This document shows, piece after piece, positions 27,245 to 36,230 of a DNA stretch of 64,000 bases. The notes beneath the pieces are model-generated. The model did not search any database. It was not told the DNA's origin and saw only the letters and a list, made by a program, of their open reading frames with translations. The position numbers and the translations under genes are program-made. Source of the stretch: Flavobacteriales bacterium (lineage in GTDB: Bacteria > Bacteroidota > Bacteroidia > Flavobacteriales > BACL11); the NCBI GenBank assembly GCA_002696275.1, contig NZRO01000025.1, positions 108,670 to 172,669 of the forward strand, written 5' to 3'. Numbering within the stretch: the stretch's first letter is position 1; each line of letters opens with the position of its first letter.

Positions 27245-27670
27245 CTAATAAAAACTGTTTGAAGAACTATAACGCAAATGCCATCGCGTGGTAGACCCGC
27301 CACTTGTAACGGTAATGGAATAAGGCGGCTCGGTAAAAATATAATTAATGTTTTTATTTGTAGCATAAGTAGAATTACTTTTAATGATATACTCATCGGG
27401 AGTGTAAGATGTCGTCGAATAAGTTGAGTAACTTACTGATTCCAAAGTAAGGCTCTTATAACTGTTATTTATGATAAAAGTATTTCCTTGTTCCCAAATG
27501 TGCTTAACTCTTGGGTCATCATCAGTTACTTCTTCAATATTATAACTGTCGTCAGAAACAATAATTATTTTTTTCTTTTCAGGTTGAAAATTAAAATATA
27601 ATATTACAGAAACTATGAGAATAATTGCCCAATTCCTTATTAAAAAAGTTAGTATCGAGTTTAGGTTCAT
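27245..27670 (-). CDS. hypothetical N-terminally membrane-anchored S/T/Y-rich protein (orphan)
   Basis: 141 aa with one N-terminal TM helix (WAIILIVSVILYF), then an acidic linker and an S/T/Y-rich body. It has its own -7 box 5 nt upstream. I recognise no family. Confidence 0.4.
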   Translation of the reverse strand: MNLNSILTFLIRNWAIILIVSVILYFNFQPEKKKIIIVSDDSYNIEEVTDDDPRVKHIWEQGNTFIINNSYKSLTLESVSYSTYSTTSYTPDEYIIKSNSTYATNKNINYIFTEPPYSITVTSGGSTTRWHLRYSSSNSFY

Positions 27671-27675
27671 AAAAA

Positions 27676-27683
27676 CAAAGGTA
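27676..27683 (-). promoter_or_regulatory. -7 box (TACCTTTG on the minus strand) for the 141-aa orphan
   Basis: CAAAGGTA on the + strand, 5 nt upstream of the start at 27670. Confidence 0.5.
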
Positions 27684-27874
27684 TAAAAATTACATTAAAA
27701 TTAATAAACCGACATACATCAAAAAGATTGCGGGGAAAACAATAACTAATAAAACAAATTTAAAAATTATTTGATAATTTTTTCAAGTTTATATCTATAA
27801 TAATTTAGATATGAGGTCCATTTAGAGACACGAACAGTTGGAAACCTTTTGGATGAAGGTTTTTGTCTTATAAA

Positions 27875-28111
27875 CTATTTAATCTGCCAATCAAAACATA
27901 ACATTGAAGGACTAGATTCTAAAGGCTTAGAACAAGAGCTCAACCCATAGTGATGACAGTTGGCGCAAGAAGAATGTTTGCTTATTGATTCCTTGTATAA
28001 ATGACTATCACAAAAATTATGGATTCCAACCTCTTCATTATGTTTTTTACATATAAAATTTTGAAGTAAGTTTTCACAGTTTATACAGGTGTTAGTTGTT
28101 TTGAGATTCAT
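27875..28111 (-). CDS. hypothetical small cysteine-rich protein (two CxxC-x7/8-C-x11/12-C half-sites)
   Basis: 78 aa with 8 Cys at positions 9, 12, 21, 34 and 49, 52, 60, 72, plus 7 His. It has no signal peptide, and I recognise no family. Confidence 0.4.
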   Translation of the reverse strand: MNLKTTNTCINCENLLQNFICKKHNEEVGIHNFCDSHLYKESISKHSSCANCHHYGLSSCSKPLESSPSMLCFDWQIK

Positions 28112-28373
28112 AATTTTAATTTTTTATTAATACAACGACAATATTAATGAAATTGTTACATACAAATGTCTCTAATTTATTGATTGTGAGAAATTTATAT
28201 TTAGAATAAATAAAAATAAGACATAGTTACATCTATAAAGATATTACTATTATATATTTAACTTTTATATCGAGAAGCTGTTTTCTTGTATTAACTAAAA
28301 TTAAATATTATGGCACAAAACATAACAAGAAATTATAGTTATCAGAGTAAAAAAATAAAGTTTATAGAGAAAA

Positions 28374-28450
28374 TGGTGACCTAGGGAGGATTCGAACCCC
28401 CAACCCCCAGAGCCGAAATCTGGTATTCTATCCAATTGAACTACTAGGCC
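28374..28450 (-). tRNA. tRNA-Arg (anticodon UCG), CCA-encoded
   Basis: My own fold of the reverse complement is GGCCTAG-TA-GTTC-AATTGGATA-GAAT-A-CCAGA-TTTCGGC-TCTGG-GGGTT-GGGGG-TTCGAAT-CCTCC-CTAGGTC-A-CCA. It forms a 7/4/5/5 cloverleaf with U33, anticodon TCG, G37, a GG D-loop with an A in the A20 position, and a TTCGAAT T-loop. There are G:U pairs at 2:71, 10:25 and in the T-stem. Confidence 0.9.
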
Positions 28451-28458
28451 ATATTTAG

Positions 28459-28466
28459 CAAATCTA
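28459..28466 (-). promoter_or_regulatory. -7 box (TAGATTTG on the minus strand) for tRNA-Arg
   Basis: CAAATCTA on the + strand, 8 nt upstream of the mature tRNA 5' end (28450). Confidence 0.5.
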
Positions 28467-28541
28467 CAAAAGAAGTTTATACCCACAATTTTTAGTTTTA
28501 TTTAATGTTATCTAGTCAATATGTTATAATATTGTAACTTG

Positions 28542-30692
28542 ATGAAAAAAACTATATTTTACCTTCTATTTATATGCTTGTCCTATGCGTTAAAAGGACA
28601 AAACACACCTGTATATTACTGGCAAGAACATCTTTCCCACTCAAATGCAAAATATATTCTAGAGGTAGAAAATAATATGTACTGCGCTACGGAAAATGGA
28701 CTATTCTTCTATAATAAAGAAGATTATACCATAAATGTATTAAATAAAATAACTGGACTGTCTGATGTTGGAATTTCTGCTATGAATTACGACTCAAAAA
28801 ATAATATTATTATAATCTCTTACCATAACACTAATGTAGACCTGATAAAAGAAGGGGAAATTATAAATATCACAGATATAAAAGATAAACTTATAATAGG
28901 AGAGAAAAAAATAAACAATATTGATGTTGAAGATGGCGTCGCCTATCTGTCCACTAGTTTTGGATTAATCCTAATAGACCTTTTAAACGAGGAGATAATT
29001 GACACTTATAAAATAGGTGCTAATGGAAGTTTTGAAGGAATAAACGATTGTTATATTGACGACACCTGTATTTTTGTTGGCACTACTGGGGGAGTTTATT
29101 ACGCCGATAAAAATTCAAATACTTTATTTGATTTTAACAGCTGGATCAAACATCCTTCTCATTCTAGCGAGGTTTCAGAAATCATTTTAGGTTTTGGGGA
29201 GATTTTATTTAATAATCAATATCCTAATATAAGAATGAGAAATAGTAACGGCCATTATTTAGAGGTTGGAAATGATTTTATTAATGTTTATCAAGATGAC
29301 AATCTTATTTCAGAACTAATTGGAGGTTCACAATTTAGTAAAATTCAAGATGCTTGGGTGGATAAAAATAATATTCTTTGGATTGCGGATAGTTCTAATT
29401 CCTTATTAAAATACGAAAATTTTGAGTTTGCAGAAATTATAAAACCAAATGGGCCAGCTTCCAACACGATAGAAAATATCAAGATTCAAGATGGCTTTTT
29501 GTTTATCGTTCACAACAATACTTCGAATACCGTCTCCAGAACAGAAGATCTAATAGACTGGACATATTGGGATCAGTTTAATGATATTGTTTGCTCAGAA
29601 AAAATTGGCAAAAAAATTTATTTCGGAAGTTCCACATCTGGACTGTGGAAAAAAGATGGGGGCAGTTTTATAAGGTATACAAATGGAAACACTCAAAATA
29701 TATTAGACACCAACTATTATATCTCTAATCTAACATCTGACAAGGAAGGAAACTTGTGGGGAACGATTTCTAATTCAGGAAAAGTTCTTTTTGTAAGAAC
29801 TTATGACAATTATTGGGACTACTTTTTCATGCCTCAGTTACCAAACGATAGGGATATCCGAAACTTAATTATTGATAACCATGGTCAAAAATGGGGTTCT
29901 GTTCGAGCAAAGGGTTTATTTGTATATAACGATAACGGAACAATTGAAGATAAGTCTGATGATCAGTATAAGGTAATTACCACGAGTTTAGGAAGTGGGA
30001 ACTTACCAAGTCAGGAGGTGTATGCATTAGCTAACGATTTAGATGGAAACATTTGGGTAGGGACCAATGAGGGAGTTTGTGTTTTTTACTCACCTTCATC
30101 GGTCTTTAGCGGTTATAATTTTGATGCCCAACAAATAATTGTCGAGGAAAATGGGTTTGGACAATATTTATTGAATTCTGAAATTGTATATACCATTGTT
30201 ATAGATGGGGGTAATAGAAAGTGGATAGGAACACTAGGCTCAGGATTGTATCTTCTTTCAGAAGATGGAACAGAAGAAATATATCATTTTACTAGCAAAA
30301 ATAGCCCCTTAATCTCAGATAATGTTTTGGACTTAGAGATTAATAATAGTACGGGGGAAATTTTTATCTCTACAGACAAAGGCCTTATGAGTTTCAGAAA
30401 TGACGCTACTGCAGGAAATACTAATATCAATTCAATAAAAGTGTTTCCAAATCCTGTTAGAGAAAACTATTATGGCGCCATTAGTATAGAAGGGTTGTCT
30501 TTCGGGTCGAATGTAAAGATTACTGATGTGAACGGAAACCTAGTTTTTGAAACAAATTCTAATGGAGGAACTGCCGTCTGGAATGGAAAAGACGCAAACA
30601 ACAAAAGAGTTGGGACGGGAGTATATCTAGTGTTTAGTTCTGACAAATATGGCGATGAGAAAGCTGTGGGAAAGATTTTATTTATACACTAA
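28542..30692 (+). CDS. PorZ-like T9SS protein (double beta-propeller plus C-terminal sorting domain)
   Basis: About 716 aa with a signal peptide and two-component-regulator-propeller-like repeats. It ends in a canonical CTD (VFPNPVRENYYGAISIEGL...VKITDVNGNLVFE...GTGVYLVFSS...GKILFIH). Size, architecture and adjacency to recO match what I recall for flavobacterial PorZ. This has not been verified by search. Confidence 0.55.
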   Translation: MKKTIFYLLFICLSYALKGQNTPVYYWQEHLSHSNAKYILEVENNMYCATENGLFFYNKEDYTINVLNKITGLSDVGISAMNYDSKNNIIIISYHNTNVDLIKEGEIINITDIKDKLIIGEKKINNIDVEDGVAYLSTSFGLILIDLLNEEIIDTYKIGANGSFEGINDCYIDDTCIFVGTTGGVYYADKNSNTLFDFNSWIKHPSHSSEVSEIILGFGEILFNNQYPNIRMRNSNGHYLEVGNDFINVYQDDNLISELIGGSQFSKIQDAWVDKNNILWIADSSNSLLKYENFEFAEIIKPNGPASNTIENIKIQDGFLFIVHNNTSNTVSRTEDLIDWTYWDQFNDIVCSEKIGKKIYFGSSTSGLWKKDGGSFIRYTNGNTQNILDTNYYISNLTSDKEGNLWGTISNSGKVLFVRTYDNYWDYFFMPQLPNDRDIRNLIIDNHGQKWGSVRAKGLFVYNDNGTIEDKSDDQYKVITTSLGSGNLPSQEVYALANDLDGNIWVGTNEGVCVFYSPSSVFSGYNFDAQQIIVEENGFGQYLLNSEIVYTIVIDGGNRKWIGTLGSGLYLLSEDGTEEIYHFTSKNSPLISDNVLDLEINNSTGEIFISTDKGLMSFRNDATAGNTNINSIKVFPNPVRENYYGAISIEGLSFGSNVKITDVNGNLVFETNSNGGTAVWNGKDANNKRVGTGVYLVFSSDKYGDEKAVGKILFIH

Positions 30693-31393
30693 TGACTGAA
30701 TCTACTTCTGGAATTTGTTTACATTATTATAAATACTCAGAGAGCTCTGTTGTTGCAAAAATATTTACAGAAAAGTTTGGTTTAAGATCCTTTGTTTTAA
30801 AAGGGGTTAGAAGTAAAAAATCCAAAAACAAACTTAATCTTTTACAATCTTTAAACATTGTACAATTAGAAGTAACAAACAACAATAAAAGACAACTTCA
30901 GTATGTAAAAGAAATTAGTAAATTAGACAAATTTCCATCTAACATTTTAGATATGAATAAGCGTTTTATTGCTTTATTTATTTCTGAAGTTTTACTTAAG
31001 GTTCTGGTAGATTCTGAAAAATCAGATTCTATATACACCTTTATTTTAGATTCTGTTTTTATGATAAATGAAAAAGAGGAGATATCCAAGAATTTTTCAG
31101 TTTTGTTCTTAATGAAACTAAGTGCGTACCTTGGTTTTTATCCAAACTCTGAAAATTATGAGAGAAAGTACTTCAATCTTGAAACAGGGGAGTTCAGCAA
31201 TCAGTTATCTTATTATTGTTTATCTGAAGAAAATAAAAAATATTTTGCCTTGCTTTTAAATAATATCGAAATAGATATTCCTTACAAAAACAGAAAAGAA
31301 CTCTTAAAATCTCTACAGAAATATTATAGTTTACATAATTATAATATTGATAACTTAAAATCATATGATGTTATAGAATCACTAAGAACATGA
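30692..31393 (+). CDS. recO: DNA repair protein RecO
   Basis: 233 aa. The N-terminal OB-fold pattern GICLHYYKYSESSVVAKIFTEKFGLRSFVLKGVRSKKSK is typical of Bacteroidota RecO. Its ATG overlaps the upstream TAA. Confidence 0.85.
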   Translation: MTESTSGICLHYYKYSESSVVAKIFTEKFGLRSFVLKGVRSKKSKNKLNLLQSLNIVQLEVTNNNKRQLQYVKEISKLDKFPSNILDMNKRFIALFISEVLLKVLVDSEKSDSIYTFILDSVFMINEKEEISKNFSVLFLMKLSAYLGFYPNSENYERKYFNLETGEFSNQLSYYCLSEENKKYFALLLNNIEIDIPYKNRKELLKSLQKYYSLHNYNIDNLKSYDVIESLRT

Positions 31394-33699
31394 AAAAAAT
31401 ACTTACACTAATTCTTATTGGATATTCTTTCATTTCTTTCTCTCAAACTTTTAAAGTAATAGACGAAAACGGCAAAAAAATAGGGGGTGTGTTGTTTTAT
31501 TCTAACAACAAAAATATGACTTCCAACAAAAGTGGTAGAGTTGATCTGTCTAAATTTCAGAACGTGGAATGGATAGATGTTTATCATATTTCTTATAAAA
31601 GAGAGCGAATTAAAAAGGAGAATATTACTAATAATCTTATTGTGCTTCAATCAAACAATATAGAATTAGAAGAGGTGAGCATACATAGCTCCTTAAATGT
31701 AGAAGAAAATAAAACGCAAGTAATAAAAATGAACCAACTTGAAATACAGGGTTCTTTATCAAAAAATCCAGCAGAAATTCTTGAGAAGAGCGGTGGTCTT
31801 ATAATTCAAAAAAGTCAGAATGGTGGAGGATCACCAAATATTCGTGGATTTGAAGCAAATAGAATATTACTGGTAGTAGATGGGGTAAAACTAAATAACA
31901 CTATTTATAGAAGTGGACACCTCCAAAACATCCTAAGTGTTGACCCTTACGTTTTAGAAAGCGTTAGTGTGTTACATGGCCCTTCTTCGGTGTTTTATGG
32001 TAGCGGAGCTTTAGGGGGGGCTATAATTCTAAACACTATAAACATTGAAAAATTAGAAGAAAATAAATCTTCATTCACACAACAATTTGAAAGCTCTTCT
32101 TCTTCAATCACCACTAATTTTCATAGTAAATATCGAATCAACAAAAATTCTTTTTTAAGCTCTATTAGTTTTAAGAAATATGGAAATCTACATATGGGCA
32201 AAAATCGTTTGCACGGATATGAAAACTGGGGAGTAGAAGAATATGCAACTGATAGAAATGAACAGTTATATGGAGAATATTATCAATATGATGCTATTCA
32301 AAAAATGTATTTTCCTATTAATTCAAAATCTTCAATAAGTTTAAACTCTCAATTTTCAACTACCTCAAACATCAATCGATTTGACAAGTTAAATGATGTT
32401 TCCAATGGAAATCCTAAATATAAATTTTGGTACTATGGGCCACAAGAAAGAATTCTTCAGTCTATTCTATACAATAGAGATGATAAGAGTCTTTTTTATG
32501 ACAATATCAAATTAAAAATTTCGTATCAAGCCGTAAAAGAAAGTAGAAACACACAAAAATTTACAGAAGAGTTTTTAAGAAACAGATCAGAAATTATAAA
32601 TATTTATGAATCTAAATTAGATTTTGATAAACAGATAGACAAACTTCTTTTACGATTTGGTATAAGTAATCGTTATGAAAATTTAAGATCAACTTCTTTT
32701 AAAGAAAACAACCTTGGAGATGTTGAGTTTAGTACAACTAGATATCCAGACAATGGAGGTTCAGACAACAATTTTGCGTCTTACATACACACGGAGCTTA
32801 AACTTCATAAAAGATTAAAATGGTTTAACGCCGTTCGATATGACTATAATGAAATTAATATGAATTTTTCTGAGAATAACCCCTTTAATATTGAAGGTAT
32901 TTTGAAAAACAATAATGAGAATTATTCTGCCAGCACAAATTTCTTTATAAACGCTAACGAAAACAATTTTATAAGCTTTTCATTATTCAATTCTTTTAGA
33001 AATCCAAATATAGACGATTTAGGGAAGGTGTTTTCTAAAACTGATGGAATAGTGACTGTTCCTAATTTAAACTTAAAATCAGAAAAAATTCTTTCTTCTG
33101 AGTTCATCTGGAAATTTATAAATGACAAAACGTCTTTTGATCTTGTTTTATTTTATAGTGACTTGAAAGACGCTATAGAAAAGCGTCCATTTAAATTTAA
33201 TGGTCAAGATTCAATAATTTATGATGGGGAGATGATGCGGTGTATAGCGAACACAAATATTAATTCTGCTAAAATGAAGGGAATTAATTTTAGATTCAAA
33301 ATAAATATTATTAAATCTCTACTCTTTAGCGGAAACGCTTCCTACGTAAGTTCTATTACATCTGACTCTATTCCCATGGCTCATATTCCTCCTTTTTCAT
33401 CAAGAGGAGAAATTATACACAATATTAACAAAAAATCAAAAATTAAAATTTATTCTAATTTTAACGGATGGAAATATGCTTCTAATTTTGATCAAAATGG
33501 GATAGATAATTTAGATGAAGCTACTATTGATGGAACTCCATCATGGTGGACACTTAATTTAATTTATTCAAAAAAAATAAATAATTTAAAAATTTCTTTT
33601 GCTTGTGAAAACATCCTAGATGCGCATTATAAAACATTTGCCTCTGGAATTAGCGCTAGTGGTAGAAATTTTATCTTAAATTTACAAGCAGATTTTTAA
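31390..33699 (+). CDS. TonB-dependent outer-membrane receptor
   Basis: 769 aa with a signal peptide and a CarboxypepD_reg-like N-terminal domain. Plug motifs are present (NIRGFEANRILLVVDGVKLNN, HGPSSVFYGSGALGGAI), followed by a beta-barrel ending in an aromatic residue (...LQADF). Confidence 0.85.
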   Translation: MKKILTLILIGYSFISFSQTFKVIDENGKKIGGVLFYSNNKNMTSNKSGRVDLSKFQNVEWIDVYHISYKRERIKKENITNNLIVLQSNNIELEEVSIHSSLNVEENKTQVIKMNQLEIQGSLSKNPAEILEKSGGLIIQKSQNGGGSPNIRGFEANRILLVVDGVKLNNTIYRSGHLQNILSVDPYVLESVSVLHGPSSVFYGSGALGGAIILNTINIEKLEENKSSFTQQFESSSSSITTNFHSKYRINKNSFLSSISFKKYGNLHMGKNRLHGYENWGVEEYATDRNEQLYGEYYQYDAIQKMYFPINSKSSISLNSQFSTTSNINRFDKLNDVSNGNPKYKFWYYGPQERILQSILYNRDDKSLFYDNIKLKISYQAVKESRNTQKFTEEFLRNRSEIINIYESKLDFDKQIDKLLLRFGISNRYENLRSTSFKENNLGDVEFSTTRYPDNGGSDNNFASYIHTELKLHKRLKWFNAVRYDYNEINMNFSENNPFNIEGILKNNNENYSASTNFFINANENNFISFSLFNSFRNPNIDDLGKVFSKTDGIVTVPNLNLKSEKILSSEFIWKFINDKTSFDLVLFYSDLKDAIEKRPFKFNGQDSIIYDGEMMRCIANTNINSAKMKGINFRFKINIIKSLLFSGNASYVSSITSDSIPMAHIPPFSSRGEIIHNINKKSKIKIYSNFNGWKYASNFDQNGIDNLDEATIDGTPSWWTLNLIYSKKINNLKISFACENILDAHYKTFASGISASGRNFILNLQADF

Positions 33700-33713
33700 A
33701 ATAGATATTCCTT

Positions 33714-36230
33714 ATGAAAAACAACATACTTACCTTTTTAATACTTGCTATTAGTCTTGTTTCTTTTTCTCAAACTTGGGAAGAAAACGCATACGAAGAA
33801 AATAAAAATGCTACCTTTTTTGATTTAAAAAAATCATTTGATGATTATAGAAAAGCTATACCATACACCAAGGGAAATGGCTATAAACCATATGCTAGAA
33901 ATATGAATTTTTTAGAATCAAGAGTTGATGAGAATGGATTTTTTCCTTCAAACGCTTTATGGGATGAATGGTTAAAAATAAAAAATAAAAAATCTTCAAC
34001 AGCAAACTGGACTCCTTTGGGGCCATTTGATGTTCCTATCATTATTTCAAATAACAAGAAGAGAGGAAACGGTAGAATAAACTGTATTGAGTTTGACCCA
34101 AACAATGAAGATGTTTTTTGGGTGGGCGCTCCTGGCGGTGGTTTGTGGAAAACAACTGATGGGGGATTAAGTTGGTCAACAAATACTGATAACCTTCCAG
34201 TTTTAGGAGTTTCTGATATTTTAATTGACCCAACGAATACTGACATAATGTATATTGCGACCGGCGATGCTCATGGTAGTGATACTTATTCAATTGGAGT
34301 ACTAAAAAGTTGGGATGGGGGTGTAACATGGGACACAACTGGATTAAGCTACAATGTGAGTCAATCTAATGAAATAAGCAAGCTAGAGATGAACCCTAAT
34401 TATCCAGATAGTATCTTTGCTGCTACCGGAGATAATATTATGCTTACAATTGACGGTGGATCTAACTGGCTTCCTGTTGGGCCAAGTGGTAGGTGGAGAG
34501 ATATTCATTATAAACCTGGAAACACAAATATTTTATACGCTATGAAACAAACTAGTGGCACCTCTAATGTTTATAGGTCTGTTGATGCTGGCGCAAGCTG
34601 GCAGGTTTGTGATAATGGAGTTTCAAGTATAAATAAAAGAAGGCCTTTGATTGCTGTAACACCTTCAAACCCTGAAGTTATTTATGCTTTATTTTCAGAT
34701 AACGGATGGGGCTTTCATGGTTTGTATAAATCTTCTGATGGTGGTGATAATTGGTTGTTACAGTCTGACACTCCGAATATACTAGGAAGAGACACAGACG
34801 GAAGCTCAACAGGAGGGCAGTCGTGGTATGATATGAGTTTAGCTGTTTCTAACGAGGACGAAAATCATATTATTGTTGGGGGAATTAATTTATGGGAGTC
34901 GTTTGATGGAGGAATTTCTTGGAACATTTCTGGAAGTAGTGGCAATAGCTCTGATTACTCATATATGCATGTAGACCAACATGCTGCAGAGTTTAATCCA
35001 CTAAACAATGTTGCTTATGTAGGAAATGATGGTGGTGTCTATAAATATTTTAACACACTAAATACGTGGATTGATATTAGTGATGGCTTAGAAATTTCTC
35101 AATTTTACAAGTTGGGATTGTCATCTATTAGCGACTATACACTTGTTGTGGGAGCTCAGGATAATGGGACAGAAAGATTAACAGGGACAACTTGGGAGGC
35201 TATTAGAGGAGCAGATGGTATGGAGTGTATTATTGATCCGTATAATGACGATATTATTTATTCCTCATCTCAATATGGTGGAATAAAAGTATCTTATAAT
35301 GGGGGTGTAGATTGGAATAATATTAAGCCTGTAAGTTACGAAGGCGCTTGGGTTACTCCTTATAAAATGCATCCCTTAAATAATAATGTTTTAGTTGCGG
35401 GTTACAATGTCGTGTATAAAAGTAATACCGCCGCCGCTTCTTGGGACTCAATATCCCCTACATATGGGCAATTGAAAACAATCGCTTTAGCTCCTTCTGA
35501 TTTAGATTATATTTATGCTGCTACTTACTCGGGTTTATGGGTAACAAAAGACAATGGTGTAAATTGGAACTATATTAAAACCGGGCTTCCTGCAGGCAGC
35601 ATCTCAGATGTTACCGTTTCTAATACTAATCCAGATAGGGTGTTTGTTACTTTGTCCTCTTTTAATGAAAATGATAAGGTCTTTGAAAGTAATGACGCTG
35701 GAGATACATGGGTAAATATTTCGGGAACACAGTTACCAAATTTACCTGTCAACTGTATTGTTTTCCAATCTTACGCGAAGGACGACTTGTATATTGGCAC
35801 AGATATTGGGGTATATCACAAAGATAGCACAATGACAGAATGGCAATTGTTTAATAATGGACTGCCTCATGTAAGTATAAGAGAGTTAGAAATTCAATAT
35901 ACAGCTGGAAAAATAAGGGCGGCTACTTTTGGAAGGGGGGTCTGGGAAAGCGATTTAAATATATTTCCGGTTTCGGTAAACTCTGTAGACCCTCTATTAA
36001 TTAAGGTATATCCTAACCCTGTTGATGAGAAACTAACAATCAATACACCGTATAAACTTAGTAAGAGTTATATTCAGATTTTTACTATAACAGGTGAGTT
36101 AGTTATAAATGAAGATTTAGTTTCAGATAACACGAATATATCTTTTAAAGATTTTGAAAAAGGAGTATATGTATATAAGATATTTAACGGGTCGGAAATT
36201 TTAAAAACAGATAAGATTCTTGTTTACTAA
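33714..36230 (+). CDS. BNR/sortilin(VPS10)-type repeat protein with a T9SS type-A C-terminal sorting domain
   Basis: 838 aa with a signal peptide. I counted 9 S/T-x-D-x-G-x-x-W BNR motifs (TTDGGLSWS, SWDGGVTWD, SVDAGASWQ, SSDGGDNWL, SNDAGDTWV and others). The CTD reads IKVYPNPVDEKLTINT...GVYVYKI...KILVY. Confidence 0.75.
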   Translation: MKNNILTFLILAISLVSFSQTWEENAYEENKNATFFDLKKSFDDYRKAIPYTKGNGYKPYARNMNFLESRVDENGFFPSNALWDEWLKIKNKKSSTANWTPLGPFDVPIIISNNKKRGNGRINCIEFDPNNEDVFWVGAPGGGLWKTTDGGLSWSTNTDNLPVLGVSDILIDPTNTDIMYIATGDAHGSDTYSIGVLKSWDGGVTWDTTGLSYNVSQSNEISKLEMNPNYPDSIFAATGDNIMLTIDGGSNWLPVGPSGRWRDIHYKPGNTNILYAMKQTSGTSNVYRSVDAGASWQVCDNGVSSINKRRPLIAVTPSNPEVIYALFSDNGWGFHGLYKSSDGGDNWLLQSDTPNILGRDTDGSSTGGQSWYDMSLAVSNEDENHIIVGGINLWESFDGGISWNISGSSGNSSDYSYMHVDQHAAEFNPLNNVAYVGNDGGVYKYFNTLNTWIDISDGLEISQFYKLGLSSISDYTLVVGAQDNGTERLTGTTWEAIRGADGMECIIDPYNDDIIYSSSQYGGIKVSYNGGVDWNNIKPVSYEGAWVTPYKMHPLNNNVLVAGYNVVYKSNTAAASWDSISPTYGQLKTIALAPSDLDYIYAATYSGLWVTKDNGVNWNYIKTGLPAGSISDVTVSNTNPDRVFVTLSSFNENDKVFESNDAGDTWVNISGTQLPNLPVNCIVFQSYAKDDLYIGTDIGVYHKDSTMTEWQLFNNGLPHVSIRELEIQYTAGKIRAATFGRGVWESDLNIFPVSVNSVDPLLIKVYPNPVDEKLTINTPYKLSKSYIQIFTITGELVINEDLVSDNTNISFKDFEKGVYVYKIFNGSEILKTDKILVY

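Noticed and set aside
27202-27396. A 64-aa minus-strand ORF.
   Set aside because: It overlaps the longer 141-aa ORF (27245-27670) in another frame. It has no promoter box of its own and no motif.
27842-27869. A 7-bp hairpin (aaacctt / aaggttt, 7-nt loop) followed by TTTTGTCTT on the + strand, which could be a terminator or sRNA 3' end.
   Set aside because: The stem is weak (only 2 G:C pairs) and there is no + strand gene or promoter box upstream. On the minus strand, downstream of the Cys-rich ORF, it is not followed by a U-run. The evidence is insufficient.
22910-28450. A classical tRNA-integrated genomic island or prophage.
   Set aside because: There are no integrase, transposase, phage or conjugation genes, and I found no direct repeat of the tRNA 3' end by eye. 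It is kept only as a low-interest 'relic' hypothesis.
28301-28486. A 61-aa minus-strand ORF in the track.
   Set aside because: It is the translation of the tRNA-Arg gene and its flanks (the ...GGWGFESS... stretch comes from the T-arm), so it is not a CDS.
31390-36230. A TonB-dependent receptor followed by a BNR-repeat protein, which could be a polysaccharide utilisation locus.
   Set aside because: There is no SusD-like gene, no glycoside hydrolase with recognisable catalytic motifs and no regulator. The receptor's start overlaps the recO stop by 4 nt, and its plug motifs do not indicate a SusC-type protein.
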